DNA of 64,000 nt from the NCBI GenBank assembly GCA_049521795.1, contig JBEKOM010000001.1, positions 416,001 to 480,000 of the forward strand, read 5' to 3'. The stretch is from Candidatus Bathyarchaeia archaeon. GTDB lineage: Archaea; Thermoproteota; Bathyarchaeia; Bathyarchaeales; Bathycorpusculaceae. The notes below the pieces were generated by a model, which did not search any database, was not told where the DNA came from, and was given only the letters and a program-made list of their open reading frames with translations. A program made the translations under genes and the position numbers. The stretch's first letter is position 1; each line of letters starts with the position of its first letter. This document shows positions 40,315-51,250 of this stretch, in pieces.

Positions 40315-41601
40315 ATGGCAGAACACGATGCGGTCATAGTGGGTGCGGGAATCGTAGGGTTAGCGACTGGGTATCACCTTAAGAAGATGAATCCTAAACT
40401 TGACGTTTTGATCGTTGACAGGCTTGGGGCTGCAGGCCAAGGAAGCACGGCGAAGAGCGCGGCTGCTTTTCGCTGTCTTTTTGCTTCTCGCACAAATTTT
40501 GCTCTGGCGGATTCTTCTGCAGAGTTTTACAGATATGTGCAAGACGATTTGCGCATTGATCTTAAACTGCGGTGGGCTGGTTACCTGTGGTTTTTTGACG
40601 AGGAAGGCTACAGCAGGATGCTCCCAGTGTTGAAGGACCTGGCTGAAAAGGGTTTTCAGTACACAGAGTACGATGAAGAGGAGTTGGCTGACAAACTTGA
40701 GATGCGGACCAGCTTTGATAATGATGAAGAAGCCAAGATGATGGGGTTGGGCAACGTCCACAAGGGAGTTCTGATCCCAAAGGCAGGCTTGATCGACGTG
40801 GACTCTCTCGTAAAGTTTTATGAGTCCGAGTTTCTCAAACTCGGAGGGAAGATCCAGTATCACACTGACGTGAAGGAACTCGTCGTTGAGCCTCGCAGGC
40901 CTCTGGGAATGCCGGGTGAGCCATACTTTTGGCAGGACGCATCGATCACGGGGGTCAACACGACGAAGGGCCTGATAGAGGCAAAGAGGACGATAGTTGC
41001 GGCCGGCGCGTGGGTTTCTCAGCTCCTGGACCCTGTTGGGATAGAATGCTTCGTCAAAGCTAAGAAGCGTCAAGTTTTCTCGATCAAAGCAAAGACGGAG
41101 GGACTGAAGAAACTGTTAACATGCAAGGAATTCACGAAGGCAGGGTGTCTTCCGTTCACGATTCTTCCTAGACCGTCTGCCTACATTCGGCCTGCACCTG
41201 AAGAAGACGCTCTTTGGCTGGCCTACGCTGACGAGTTTCCGAGAGCTTTCAAGTTAGAGGATGAACCTGAGCCTGAAGAAAACTACTACACTTACGGGCT
41301 GTACCAGGTCATGGTTAAGTACTTCCCGCAGTTTACAGACTGCCAGCCGTTCTCAGCTTTCGCTGGGCTTTACGAGATAAACAGCATCGACGGTCAACCC
41401 GTGATTTTTGAGGAAAACAACCTGATGGTCGTCGGCGGCGCAAGTGGAAGCGGCATACTGAAAGCTGACGCAATAGGCAGGATAGCTGGAGCACTCTACA
41501 ATGGTGAAGAGTACGCCAACCTCTACGGTGACAGAAAGTTCAAGGTCAGCGACCTTGGCCTAAAACACAGAAGCGTCGAACCAGAAAAACTCGTGATCTA
41601 A
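40315..41601 (+). CDS. FAD-dependent oxidoreductase (DAO/sarcosine oxidase-like)
   Basis: IVGAGIVG, GSTAKSA, AAGAW and SGSG motifs. Confidence 0.85.
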   Translation: MAEHDAVIVGAGIVGLATGYHLKKMNPKLDVLIVDRLGAAGQGSTAKSAAAFRCLFASRTNFALADSSAEFYRYVQDDLRIDLKLRWAGYLWFFDEEGYSRMLPVLKDLAEKGFQYTEYDEEELADKLEMRTSFDNDEEAKMMGLGNVHKGVLIPKAGLIDVDSLVKFYESEFLKLGGKIQYHTDVKELVVEPRRPLGMPGEPYFWQDASITGVNTTKGLIEAKRTIVAAGAWVSQLLDPVGIECFVKAKKRQVFSIKAKTEGLKKLLTCKEFTKAGCLPFTILPRPSAYIRPAPEEDALWLAYADEFPRAFKLEDEPEPEENYYTYGLYQVMVKYFPQFTDCQPFSAFAGLYEINSIDGQPVIFEENNLMVVGGASGSGILKADAIGRIAGALYNGEEYANLYGDRKFKVSDLGLKHRSVEPEKLVI

Positions 41602-41674
41602 CCTCCATAAAGGATTATGCTTATTTACTTACAGTCACTTATTTTCACACACTCATTTTCGGGAAGCCAGCGTT

Positions 41675-43510
41675 ATGTTCGGTTGGAACGGCAAGCTCTT
41701 ACACGTAAACCTGAACAAGGCCAAAGGCGTTGCGGACAAGTATGAAGCGGGAATGGCCAAGAATTTTCTCGGAGGCAGAGGCTTCGCAGCCAAAATTCTC
41801 TGGGATGAGCTTAAACCTGGGATAGACCCTTTGTCGCCAGAAAACAAACTTGTCTTTGCAGCCGGTCCTCTGACGGGATTCACACTGCCGAGCAGTGGCA
41901 AGATGGTCGTGGCCGCGAAGAGTCCGCTAACGTGGGGCTACGGAGACGGAAACGTAGGAACCTCTGCCGCTGTTCACATGCGCAAAGCAGGTTTTGACGC
42001 TGTCGTAGTGGAGGGCAAGGCTCATGACCCTGTTGTGCTGGTTGTTCGAGACGAGTCAGCTGAGTTTCTTGACGCCAAAGACCTCTGGGGTTTGAATTCC
42101 TTCGAAACGGAGAGGAAATTGGCAGAAGTCTACGGGCGCACAGTCGGCATTCTCTGCATAGGCCAAGGTGGAGAAAACCTGGTGAAGTACGCAAACATAG
42201 TTTCTCAGGAGGGCCGGGCAGGCGGCAGACCCGGGATGGGCGCTGTCATGGGGGCTAAGAACCTTAAGGCTGTCGTGCTCATAGGCTCAAACGAGTTGTC
42301 CGCCGCCTATCCGAACGAGATGAAAGAGTTGGGGGCGGAAGCCCTGCGAGAGGTTTTAACCAAGCCTAACTATGCCTTCTGGAAACGTCAAGGCACGATG
42401 AGCACGATTGAATGGAGCCAAGAGAACAGTGTGCTGCCGACTCGCAATTACAGTGAAGCCGTTTTTCAAGAGGCAGACGCCATAGGCGGGTTTGCCATGG
42501 AGAAAATAAAAGTTTCTAATCGCGGTTGCCCGCAGTGTAACATGACGTGCGGCAACGTCGTGAAGGATTCTGACAGGAAAGAGTCCGAGCTTGACTACGA
42601 GAACGTTGCGATGCTGGGTCCAAACATCGGACTTGGCAACTTGAGAAGGGTTGCAGCGCTAAACAGAGTTGCGGACGAGTATGGTTTGGACACGATCTCT
42701 TTGGGCAACGTCCTTGGTTTTGCGATGGAAGCCTCAGAAAAAAGACTGATCACGGAGAAGGTTCCGTGGGGCATGTTCAAGACATCTAAAGCCTTGATCA
42801 AGGACATCGCTTACAGACGGGGCAGCTTGGGCAACCTCTTGGCAGACGGCGTCTATTCCGCCTCTCAGGAGATAGGTCACGGTTCAAGCCGTTGGGCTAT
42901 GCACGTGAAAGGCTTAGAGGTTTCCGGTTACGACTGCCACACCACACCTGCGATGGCGCTGTCTTACGGAACCTGTTCCATCGGGGCTCATCACAAGGAT
43001 GCATGGGTCATTTCTTGGGAAGTGAAGGCAGGCCGCACTGGCTACACTGCGGAAAAGGTTGACAAAGTGATTGAGCTTCAACGCGTCCGCGGCGGAGTGT
43101 TTGAGTGTTTAACCGTCTGCAGGCTTCCATGGATCGAATTGGGCTTTGAGCTTGAATGGTACCCGAAACTGTTGCACGCGGCAACGGGCATCGAGATGCC
43201 TTGGGACGCTTTGAACCTGGTCGGCGACAGGGTTCTCAACTTGATCCGCGCCTTCTGGGTCCGCGAGTTCGGCAAGAAGTGGAATTCCGAAATGGACGTT
43301 CCACCGCCCAGGTGGTTCGAGGAGCCGTTGACAGAAGGTCCAATGAAGGGAAAGAAACTCGACAGAGCCAAGTACGATTCCATGCTGCAGATGTATTACA
43401 AGAAAAGAGGCTGGGACGAACGCGGAGTACCGCGAAAGTCAACTCTAAAGAATCTCGGACTGAAGGACATCGCACAAAATCTGCGCAACCACGTAAAATT
43501 GGCGGATTAG
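41675..43510 (+). CDS. aor: Aldehyde:ferredoxin oxidoreductase family (tungsten)
   Basis: FLGGRG, KSPLT, GRPGMGAVMG.KNLKA, CPQCNMTC, DYEN, GLDTIS and YYKKRGW motifs. Confidence 0.92.
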   Translation: MFGWNGKLLHVNLNKAKGVADKYEAGMAKNFLGGRGFAAKILWDELKPGIDPLSPENKLVFAAGPLTGFTLPSSGKMVVAAKSPLTWGYGDGNVGTSAAVHMRKAGFDAVVVEGKAHDPVVLVVRDESAEFLDAKDLWGLNSFETERKLAEVYGRTVGILCIGQGGENLVKYANIVSQEGRAGGRPGMGAVMGAKNLKAVVLIGSNELSAAYPNEMKELGAEALREVLTKPNYAFWKRQGTMSTIEWSQENSVLPTRNYSEAVFQEADAIGGFAMEKIKVSNRGCPQCNMTCGNVVKDSDRKESELDYENVAMLGPNIGLGNLRRVAALNRVADEYGLDTISLGNVLGFAMEASEKRLITEKVPWGMFKTSKALIKDIAYRRGSLGNLLADGVYSASQEIGHGSSRWAMHVKGLEVSGYDCHTTPAMALSYGTCSIGAHHKDAWVISWEVKAGRTGYTAEKVDKVIELQRVRGGVFECLTVCRLPWIELGFELEWYPKLLHAATGIEMPWDALNLVGDRVLNLIRAFWVREFGKKWNSEMDVPPPRWFEEPLTEGPMKGKKLDRAKYDSMLQMYYKKRGWDERGVPRKSTLKNLGLKDIAQNLRNHVKLAD

Positions 43511-43525
43511 AAGGGATGGTTTATC

Positions 43526-44989
43526 CTAGTATGCTATTGCAGTCCTGACGATTGAATCCGCCTTCTCACCGCAGACTACGCACTTTCCTCTGATTGTTTC
43601 TCTAGCATCCTCCGGAATACCCAGAACTCGAGCGTTGGTGATCTCTTCAAGTTTGTGTCCGCACTCCGTTTTGCCGCACCATGGGACCTCAATGATTCCG
43701 GCACGCTTGTCCAAGAGCTCCTTTGCCTCTTCCAGTTTTTCAGTGCGGTAAACCCGTTGCTTCGTGTATTGCCAGGCTCTCTGCCTCATATCAGCCGCCA
43801 TTTTCTCCCCAGTCTTGTTAAGGAGTTCTGCTAGTTCCTTTCGCTTACACGTCTGCTTTTCCAAAGTGTCGCGTCTGACAACGGTGGCTTCGCCTCTTTC
43901 AATGTCTCTTGGACCGATTTCAACCCGCAGTGGAACGCCTCTGAGTTCCCAGTCGAAGTATTTTGACCCAGGTGTTATGCCCTCTCTCAGGTCAACTTCA
44001 ACTCTGAACCTAGCTTCTTTCAGTTCTCTTGCAACGTTCAGGCACTCGTTGTTTACCACTTCTGCCTTGCCCTTGTACGGGATCGGTATGACCACTACCT
44101 GTATAGGCGCGACTTTGGGCGGCAGGATTGTTCCATGGTCGTCACCGTGCATTATCAGGACTGATGCTATTCCTCTGCCTGAGATTCCAGCGCACGTTTG
44201 CCAGACGTGTTCTCTGTCGCCGTCCTTTGTTTCGTATGAAACGTCGAAAGCCTTGGAAAAGTGTTGGCCAAGGTTATGGACCGTTCCGATCTGCAGCGTT
44301 CTGCCGTCGGGGCATATCATGTCAAACGCTGTTGTGTACTTCGCGCCTGCAAACTTGTCCCATTCTGGCCTCCTTGAGATGCAGTAGACCACGCACAGTT
44401 CATTGAAGATTTTCTTGTAGTTGTCTATCTCTTCTTGAACTTCAGCTTCTGCCTCTTCAGCCGTGGCATGCGCCGTGTGTGCTTCTTTGAAGTCGAACTC
44501 ACGCATTCTCAGGATGGGCCTCGTGGCTTTGGTTTCAAACCTGAAAACAGTGACGATCTGGTAGAGTTTCAACGGCAAGTCCGTGTAAGATCGTATCCAC
44601 AGGTGTTCCATGGGCCCGATGATCGTTTCGCTCGTAGGCCTCAGTGCTAGCCGCTGTTTCAGCTGCCTCCGTCCTCCATGCGTGATCCAGAAAACCTGTG
44701 CTTCAAACCCTTCGACGTGTTCAGCCTCCTTCTGCAGCGAGGTCTCAGGAATCAGAAGCGGAAAAAGTGCTTCCTGATGTCCCGTTAAGTCCAGCTGGTC
44801 TCGAATCACTCGGAACACGTTTTCACGTATCTTGAACCCGTAGGGAAGCCAAACTGCCAGTCCTTTGATCGGATACCTGTAATCGAAGATTTTTCCTTCA
44901 ATCAGAACGTTTCTAAACCATTTACCGAAATGCTTACTCCATTTTTCCCTTGAGACAGTCCTTTCACTAGTCTTTGCCGTTTTTGACAT
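43526..44989 (-). CDS. proS: Proline--tRNA ligase (archaeal/eukaryotic type)
   Basis: ALRPTSE, FRFE, EAHTAH, DKFAGA, LQIGTVH, ELRGVP and C-terminal IAY. Confidence 0.96.
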   Translation of the reverse strand: MSKTAKTSERTVSREKWSKHFGKWFRNVLIEGKIFDYRYPIKGLAVWLPYGFKIRENVFRVIRDQLDLTGHQEALFPLLIPETSLQKEAEHVEGFEAQVFWITHGGRRQLKQRLALRPTSETIIGPMEHLWIRSYTDLPLKLYQIVTVFRFETKATRPILRMREFDFKEAHTAHATAEEAEAEVQEEIDNYKKIFNELCVVYCISRRPEWDKFAGAKYTTAFDMICPDGRTLQIGTVHNLGQHFSKAFDVSYETKDGDREHVWQTCAGISGRGIASVLIMHGDDHGTILPPKVAPIQVVVIPIPYKGKAEVVNNECLNVARELKEARFRVEVDLREGITPGSKYFDWELRGVPLRVEIGPRDIERGEATVVRRDTLEKQTCKRKELAELLNKTGEKMAADMRQRAWQYTKQRVYRTEKLEEAKELLDKRAGIIEVPWCGKTECGHKLEEITNARVLGIPEDARETIRGKCVVCGEKADSIVRTAIAY

Positions 44990-45250
44990 TTTGGTCTCTC
45001 CCTTGTCTTCTACTGCTAGAATATAATTCTACCGTGAAACCTTTCCTGAAATGGGCTGAGTCTTTCAAGAATTTAGCAATGTGGAACGCAGTCGCCCATT
45101 TCAACCACTCGCCACAACATTGCAAGAAGAAGCTATTAAACATTTTCTCGTCGGCTTCTGTCAACTCTTCGGGACTCCGACGATGGATGATTTTTCTGAG
45201 ATTATTTATACTACTTGAAATGGCATAGTAGAAGAAAAGAGAGTGATAAA

Positions 45251-45580
45251 ATGACTCTTTTCAAAGTAGAAACATACGTCATAAAACCAGAAAAGCAAGA
45301 GGAGTACAGGGCAGTCATGAAGAAATGGGCGGCATACCTCAAGAAGAACAAAGAGAAGTGTAAAGAGGTAAAATCGTGGAAACTACTCTCCCAAATGACT
45401 GGTGGCAGCACTGGTGGATATGTCGAAATGGGCGAGTTTGAGAGCCTAGCTGACTATGAGAGGTTCGTGCACAGAATCTTTCACGGGCACGAAAAATTCA
45501 TCAAGGCAATCGTGTCGGGGTTTACGACTTGTGTAGTGCCTGGCACGTATTCGATGAACATATGGAATTCTATCATGTAA
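45251..45580 (+). CDS. Small dimeric alpha+beta barrel (NIPSNAP-like) hypothetical protein
   Basis: YVIKPEKQEEY and EFESLADYE patterns; GAGTGA RBS. Confidence 0.6.
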   Translation: MTLFKVETYVIKPEKQEEYRAVMKKWAAYLKKNKEKCKEVKSWKLLSQMTGGSTGGYVEMGEFESLADYERFVHRIFHGHEKFIKAIVSGFTTCVVPGTYSMNIWNSIM

Positions 45581-45750
45581 GGTACTGCAAAGCCCCGCTT
45601 GTAAGCACTCAACCTCTTGCAAATTAGAAACTCAAGCTGAAAGAACGCGCGCGGACTTTTCTTTCTCACTTTTCTCTGACAGTTGCGCAAGTGTTTTAAC
45701 TTCTTCAGCCCAAACTTCAGTGCGTTCTCAGAATGCGAGGGTGGCGCAGG

Positions 45751-46998
45751 TTGAGTTTGAAGGCGATTCTACTCGTTGCGGATGGGTTGGCTGACAGACC
45801 TTTGAGGGAGTTGGGCTGGAAAACACCGTTGGAGGCTGCCAGTAAGCCTGTGCTGGATCAGATAGCCAAGACAGGAATCTGCGGCATAATCGACCCGATC
45901 GCCCCTGGAGTCCCTCCTGGTAGCGACGTTGCTACGCTTGCGTTGCTAGGTTACGACCCTGTGAGGTTTTACTCGGGGAGAGGCGCGTTGGAAGCCGTAG
46001 GCTCAGGCGTTACAGTTTTGCCTTCAGATGTTGGTTTCAGGTGTAACTTCGCAACGGTCAACGAGACCTTTGTGGTTCTAGACAGACGTGCCGGCAGGAT
46101 TGATAATGAAGACGCTTCCAAACTCGCCGCAGGTCTTCAGAAAGTCCGGCTTCCAAAGTCGTTCAATGCCGAATTCTTGTTCAAGAACACTGTGCAGCAT
46201 CGTGCAGCCCTCGTTCTGCGCGGACCAAAACTGTCGTCCGCGATAAGTGACTCAGACCCCGAGACGGATGGAAAGAAGGTCTTGCAGATAAAACCATTGG
46301 ACAAGAGTCCAGAGGCTAAACGCACGGCCAGAATCGTGAACACGCTCATGCACGATTTTCGCGGGGTTTTGAAAGAGCACCCGGTCAACAGGCGAAGAGC
46401 CAAAGAGGGATTGTCGCAGGCAAACATGATCTTGTGCAGGGGAGCGGGCACCGTTCCGAAAATAATCCCGTTGCGTGAAGAGTTCGGCATCAAGCCTGCG
46501 TGCGTGGCGGCTGTCTCTCTGATCAAGGGCGTGTGCAAAGTTGCTGGGATGAGTCTCGTAAACGTCAAAGGGGCCACTGGCACTCCTCAGACTGATTACG
46601 CGGCTAAAGCGAAAGCGGCTGTTCGTGCCCTGAGGAAACATGATTTTGCGTTTTTGCACGTTAAGGCAGCAGACGTGGCAAGTCACGATGGGGATGTCAA
46701 GCTAAAGATCGAAGTCATAGAAGAGATTGACAGGATGCTTGGTTATGTCGTTAGCCACGTTGATGTCGACTCAACTCTCTTAGCGGTGACCGCCGATCAC
46801 ACAACGTCTCTGGTTACGCGGAACCATGAGGGCGACCCCGTTCCTATCGCAATCGCTGGGCCTTATGTTCGGCGTGACGATGTTGCCGAGTATGGTGAGA
46901 GAACGTGCGCTCGAGGAGGTTTGAACAGGATAAGGGGTGTCGATCTTATGCCTACTCTGATGAGCTATATGGGTAAGGCAAAGAAGTTCGGTGCTTAG
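45751..46998 (+). CDS. apgM: 2,3-BPG-independent phosphoglycerate mutase (archaeal)
   Basis: ADGLADRP, TPLE, GSD, GRGALEA, DRRAGRI, HDGD, TADHTT and HEGDPVP motifs. Confidence 0.93.
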   Translation: MSLKAILLVADGLADRPLRELGWKTPLEAASKPVLDQIAKTGICGIIDPIAPGVPPGSDVATLALLGYDPVRFYSGRGALEAVGSGVTVLPSDVGFRCNFATVNETFVVLDRRAGRIDNEDASKLAAGLQKVRLPKSFNAEFLFKNTVQHRAALVLRGPKLSSAISDSDPETDGKKVLQIKPLDKSPEAKRTARIVNTLMHDFRGVLKEHPVNRRRAKEGLSQANMILCRGAGTVPKIIPLREEFGIKPACVAAVSLIKGVCKVAGMSLVNVKGATGTPQTDYAAKAKAAVRALRKHDFAFLHVKAADVASHDGDVKLKIEVIEEIDRMLGYVVSHVDVDSTLLAVTADHTTSLVTRNHEGDPVPIAIAGPYVRRDDVAEYGERTCARGGLNRIRGVDLMPTLMSYMGKAKKFGA

Positions 46999-47046
46999 CA
47001 CACGCTTGTCTGAGCAGAATAGATACACGCGTTGCACGCTTCACGG

Positions 47047-47562
47047 TTACTTTTTCTTTTCAGATGTGGCCCCGGTCATGAGGGACTCTATGAAGCTTTC
47101 AGGGTTCTTCGGCGTTATGAGGTAGTTTCCACGCTGGGTTCTTATGAGCACGCCGTCTTTGAAGTTGGTTATGGCCACGAAAGCTCTTCCGATGTTTGGA
47201 AAATAGAAGTACCCTCCGTACCCGCTTGCTCCGAAGAGTCTGATGCCGAACGGTATCAATGTTCTTTCCGCGGACTCTACCGTTTCCAAAGGGATCTTCT
47301 TGGTCCCCCCGATTAAGATCGATGCTTTTATGACGAGTTCTTTCGGGGTCAGCGTGTAATTTGTTCTGTAAATGGAGGCGACTAGAGACACCAATATTAT
47401 CTCCACCGCGATTATGACGATTAATCCGATGATTCCTCCAATTTGAGGCGCCTGCAAGTACAGGTAGACAAAGAGAAGCCCGAGAGCAGCAACCAAGACC
47501 GTCGTTGCTACATAAAACCTAGTCAGCGGTCTTGAAACCTCGGGTCTATTAACGACACTCAT
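47047..47562 (-). CDS. Membrane protein with bacterial PH-like domain
   Basis: Two TM segments, then RLFGASGYGG and YLITPKNPESF. Confidence 0.7.
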   Translation of the reverse strand: MSVVNRPEVSRPLTRFYVATTVLVAALGLLFVYLYLQAPQIGGIIGLIVIIAVEIILVSLVASIYRTNYTLTPKELVIKASILIGGTKKIPLETVESAERTLIPFGIRLFGASGYGGYFYFPNIGRAFVAITNFKDGVLIRTQRGNYLITPKNPESFIESLMTGATSEKKK

Positions 47563-47644
47563 CTCTGCTCACCATGCATGGGTTTGCGGTAGACTGAGAG
47601 GTGGCAGGTATGTAAGGCTACCCGTCCTTCAACGGTGAGCGAGT

Positions 47645-48766
47645 CTATTGAACCTGCATGAGTCTCCATTCTTTGTAGTCTGTTACGACTCTGATGTATC
47701 CTCTGAGCATCTTGTCCGTTCCAGGGTCACCAGTGTCGACCCTTAAGACTTTCCCGTTAATGTTCTGTAGCTTGCTCTTCGTTGCTGCAACGATTATTCG
47801 TTCCTTTCCAACGCGTTTCACGATTTTTGGACTTATCTGCTGATTCCCTCTGCCGAGCAGAATACCCTGATGTCCAATCGGCGAAAGAACAATCCACGCA
47901 TTTCTCCAATCCTTCACTTCCTGAAGAATTCTTCTCTCGTCGACATCCATAATCGACTTCTTGTTTTGGAAGATGTCTACCCCTAGAACCGTTTTTTCGA
48001 GGCCAAGCAGCTCTGCGAGTCGCTGGATCGTCGTTCCGGGTCCGAGAATCCACGTTGCATCGTTCGGCACTTGTTCCAAAATGAACCGCGCTATCGCCCT
48101 CTGATTGTCAGCTTCGTCGTCCGTTTCAGGGCTCACCTGCTTGCTTCCCGCTATGCGAGCTGGCAGAAAAGGCCCTTTCAAAAAGCCATGAAGCTTTACA
48201 GCAAAGACATCTCTGCGTACAGCCTTTTCATCAGAATCCACAACTTCTAGTTCAGTGATTTCAGCTCGCCCTTGAGCATACGCCAGAACAACTTCCACGG
48301 CGTCTGAGGGATTCACGGCAAAGATGCCGCTGTACATTTTGACGCCGGACGGGACGCCTAGAACTGGCACCTGACGGCAGCCTTGCATCGCGTCCAGAAT
48401 GTCCTTAGCTGTTCCGTCGCCGCCCACAAAGACTATCAAGTCAACGTTTGCTCCAGCAAGAAGGTCAACCGCGGTCTTTGTGTCTTCAGCAGTTGTCTCG
48501 CCTCCAATTTTCATCGGCAAAACTTGCACGTGGAAGTCTGCTTCTCTTGCTTCTTCTTCACCCATGATTCCGGGGCATGCTATGACCTCGACGGACTTCT
48601 CCGTAATGTTACGTTTTAGCTTCTTCAGGAATTCGGTTGCTCTAATCGGCGCAACTGGTTTAGCTCCTCTGGCTAATGCCTCTTCGAGCACATCGTCTGT
48701 TCCTTTCAAGCCCACTCTGCCACCCATGCCTGCTACTGGGTTCACGATGAAGCCTAGACGCATCAT
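47645..48766 (-). CDS. ATP-NAD kinase family protein (AcoX-like)
   Basis: NPVAGMGG, GGDGT, GVKMYS, GRGNQQ and VDTGD motifs. Confidence 0.85.
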   Translation of the reverse strand: MMRLGFIVNPVAGMGGRVGLKGTDDVLEEALARGAKPVAPIRATEFLKKLKRNITEKSVEVIACPGIMGEEEAREADFHVQVLPMKIGGETTAEDTKTAVDLLAGANVDLIVFVGGDGTAKDILDAMQGCRQVPVLGVPSGVKMYSGIFAVNPSDAVEVVLAYAQGRAEITELEVVDSDEKAVRRDVFAVKLHGFLKGPFLPARIAGSKQVSPETDDEADNQRAIARFILEQVPNDATWILGPGTTIQRLAELLGLEKTVLGVDIFQNKKSIMDVDERRILQEVKDWRNAWIVLSPIGHQGILLGRGNQQISPKIVKRVGKERIIVAATKSKLQNINGKVLRVDTGDPGTDKMLRGYIRVVTDYKEWRLMQVQ

Positions 48767-48971
48767 TTATCAGTAAAACAAGATTTGCTGAGTGAGCTAT
48801 AAACCATTTTTCACAGGGTGGAAAGGTTCAAAGACAGGATTGACCGTGCGCATGGAAATCCAGAGAATCTCGCCGACGTGAAAAGTGCTTTTCAGTCTGA
48901 AAACTCTTATATTTCAAAATCCCAGACCCTTTGCTCACGGACGGAGAGGGTTTCAGGTGCAGAGCAGAAGG

Positions 48972-49934
48972 ATGAAAAAGCTTCTGGTGACCGGCGCCAC
49001 CGGCCAAATCGGTTCTGAACTGACCGTGGCTTTGCGGAAAAAATACGGCGGTGACGACGTTGTTGCTGTCGGTCACAAAAGAAAGCCGAGCGATGAACTC
49101 GTTAGTTCAGGTCCCTTCGAGTTTGTCGACGTTGGTGAGAAGAAAAGCCTTGAAAAGGCCGTGAACAAGTATGGTGTTGACACTGTTTATCATCTGGCGG
49201 CTGTTCTTTCCGCTACGGGGGAGCAGAACCCTCAGGCTGCGTGGAACCTGAACATGGGTAGTCTTTACAACGTGCTAGAAATCGCGAGGGAACAAGGCTT
49301 AACCAGGGTTTTCTGGCCGAGCTCAATCGCGGTTTTCGGACCTTCAGCTCCGCGCACGGACACTCCTCAGGAAACGGTTATGATTCCGGGGACGATGTAC
49401 GGCGTTACAAAAGTCGCCGGTGAGCTACTGTGCAACTATTACTTCGTCAAATACGGCGTGGACGTTAGAGGCGTCAGATACCCGGGCATAATAAGCAGCG
49501 AAACAGCTCCAGGCGGAGGAACAACGGATTACGCAGTGGAAATATTCTATGAGGCTCTAAAGAAGAAACGGTACACGTGCTTCGTAAGGGAAGACACGGT
49601 GTTGCCGATGATGTACATGCCGGACTGCCTCAAGTCGACAATAGACTTGATGGAAGCCGACCCTTCAAGAGTGAAGCGCCACGACAGCTACAACGTTGCT
49701 GGGATGAGCTTCTCGGCTGGCCAGCTTGCGGCCGAGATCAGAAAGCACGTTGAGGATTTCAAGTGTGACTACAAGCCCGACTTCAGGCAGAAGATCGCTG
49801 ACTCATGGCCCATGTCGATCGACGACAGCGTAGCACGCAAAGATTGGGGTTGGAAACCATCCTACGACCTAGTCAAGATGACGACGGATATGGTGCAGAG
49901 GCTGTCGAAAAGGTTCGCTGAAGGCAGGCTTTAG
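48972..49934 (+). CDS. tdh: L-threonine 3-dehydrogenase (SDR type)
   Basis: GATGQIG, LSATGE, PSSIAVFG, MYGVTK, PGGGTTDY, PMMYMPD and RQKIADSWP motifs; adjacent to kbl. Confidence 0.9.
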   Translation: MKKLLVTGATGQIGSELTVALRKKYGGDDVVAVGHKRKPSDELVSSGPFEFVDVGEKKSLEKAVNKYGVDTVYHLAAVLSATGEQNPQAAWNLNMGSLYNVLEIAREQGLTRVFWPSSIAVFGPSAPRTDTPQETVMIPGTMYGVTKVAGELLCNYYFVKYGVDVRGVRYPGIISSETAPGGGTTDYAVEIFYEALKKKRYTCFVREDTVLPMMYMPDCLKSTIDLMEADPSRVKRHDSYNVAGMSFSAGQLAAEIRKHVEDFKCDYKPDFRQKIADSWPMSIDDSVARKDWGWKPSYDLVKMTTDMVQRLSKRFAEGRL

Positions 49935-49990
49935 GCTGCTAACGAGAAAGAGTTAAGAGAAGGATCCGGAAAAATAAAACGAAAAGAGGC

Positions 49991-51193
49991 ATGGTGAAAA
50001 TGCGGGATCCCACGTCGTTTCTGCGAGAAGAATACGAATCGTTGGTGAAAAGCGAGCTTGACTGGAAAATTCGTGTTCTGCAAGGCCCTAGCACGCCGTG
50101 GTGCGTTGTCGATGGCAAAAAGGTTTTGATGTTCTGTTCAAACAATTACCTGAGCCTCAGCAATCATCCGAAGCTGAAGGAAGCTGCGATAAAGGCTGTT
50201 CAAACTCATGGTGCAGGCTCTGGGTCAGTTCGGCCTATAGCTGGTACGATGGATATTCACGTTGAATTGGAGAAACGGCTTGCTAAATTCAAACATGCGG
50301 AGGCTTCGCTTGTTTATCAGACGGGCTTCGCGGCCAACGCAGGTCTCATCCCTCAGCTCGTCGGAAAAGAGGATCTGATAATAAGTGATGAGCTTAACCA
50401 TGGCAGCATCATCGACGGTGTCCGACTGGCTCACGCTGAGAGGGCTGTTTACAAGCATTCGGACCCGCAGGACCTGCGACGCGTTTTGGACGAGGCGGAG
50501 AAGCATTCTCCACCGTATAGACGAATCTTGATAATCACTGATGGGGTTTTCTCGATGGACGGTGACATCGCTCCCCTTGATAAGATAGCAGAGGCCGCCG
50601 CTGAACACGGTGCAATGGTTTACGTTGATGACGCTCACGGCGAAGGCGTGCTCGGCGAGGGCGGCAGAGGCATCGTCTCGCATTTCAAGCTTACACGAGA
50701 CTTGGTGCACGTGGAAATGGGCACTTTCTCAAAGGCTTTCGGCGTCGTCGGCGGACACGTTTCAGGTTCTAAAGACCTGTTCAACTTCGCCTACAACAAG
50801 TCGCGGACTTGGCTTCTCAGCGGGTCACACCCGCCTGCGGTTGCAGCGGCATGCATAGCCGCCGTCGATGTCTTAGAAAAAGAGCCACAGCACGTGAAAA
50901 CCCTGTGGGACCACACCACATACTTCAAGAAAGCCATGAAGGACCTGGGCTTTAACATCGGCAACAGTCAAACACCGATCACACCGATCATCGTGGGCGA
51001 AAGCGGCGTGGCAAAGAAGCTGAGCCAACGGCTCTTTGAAGAAGGAGTGTTTGCTTTGCCTATCGTGTTTCCGATGGTTGCACGGGACAAGTCTAGGATA
51101 AGAACGATAATGAACGCTGCCCTGACGAGGAACGACTTAGATTTCGCCATCAGCGCCTTCGCAAAGATCGGAAAAGAACTGCAAATAATCTAA
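49991..51193 (+). CDS. kbl: Glycine C-acetyltransferase (2-amino-3-ketobutyrate CoA ligase)
   Basis: SNNYL, DELNHGSIIDG, TDGVFSMDG, DDAHG and GTFSKAFG motifs; follows tdh. Confidence 0.88.
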   Translation: MVKMRDPTSFLREEYESLVKSELDWKIRVLQGPSTPWCVVDGKKVLMFCSNNYLSLSNHPKLKEAAIKAVQTHGAGSGSVRPIAGTMDIHVELEKRLAKFKHAEASLVYQTGFAANAGLIPQLVGKEDLIISDELNHGSIIDGVRLAHAERAVYKHSDPQDLRRVLDEAEKHSPPYRRILIITDGVFSMDGDIAPLDKIAEAAAEHGAMVYVDDAHGEGVLGEGGRGIVSHFKLTRDLVHVEMGTFSKAFGVVGGHVSGSKDLFNFAYNKSRTWLLSGSHPPAVAAACIAAVDVLEKEPQHVKTLWDHTTYFKKAMKDLGFNIGNSQTPITPIIVGESGVAKKLSQRLFEEGVFALPIVFPMVARDKSRIRTIMNAALTRNDLDFAISAFAKIGKELQII

Positions 51194-51250
51194 GCCTGTT
51201 CATTTCTATTCGTTTTTGTCAATCGTTCTTGGGTGCTGAGTGAGACAGTG

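Noticed and set aside
40360-41073. Long antisense ORFs (also 43764-44387, 3295-3807, 56941-57459)
   Set aside because: They are shadows of well-supported genes on the opposite strand and have no motifs.
45034-45103. Dam methyltransferase remnant (VKPFLKWA)
   Set aside because: Only 8 codons match and GGK is missing; the segment is also one arm of a 10-bp inverted repeat (45047/45094).
48900-48971. Glycine riboswitch upstream of tdh-kbl
   Set aside because: It has GGAGAG and TCAGG but lacks the CCGAAG core and the expected stems.
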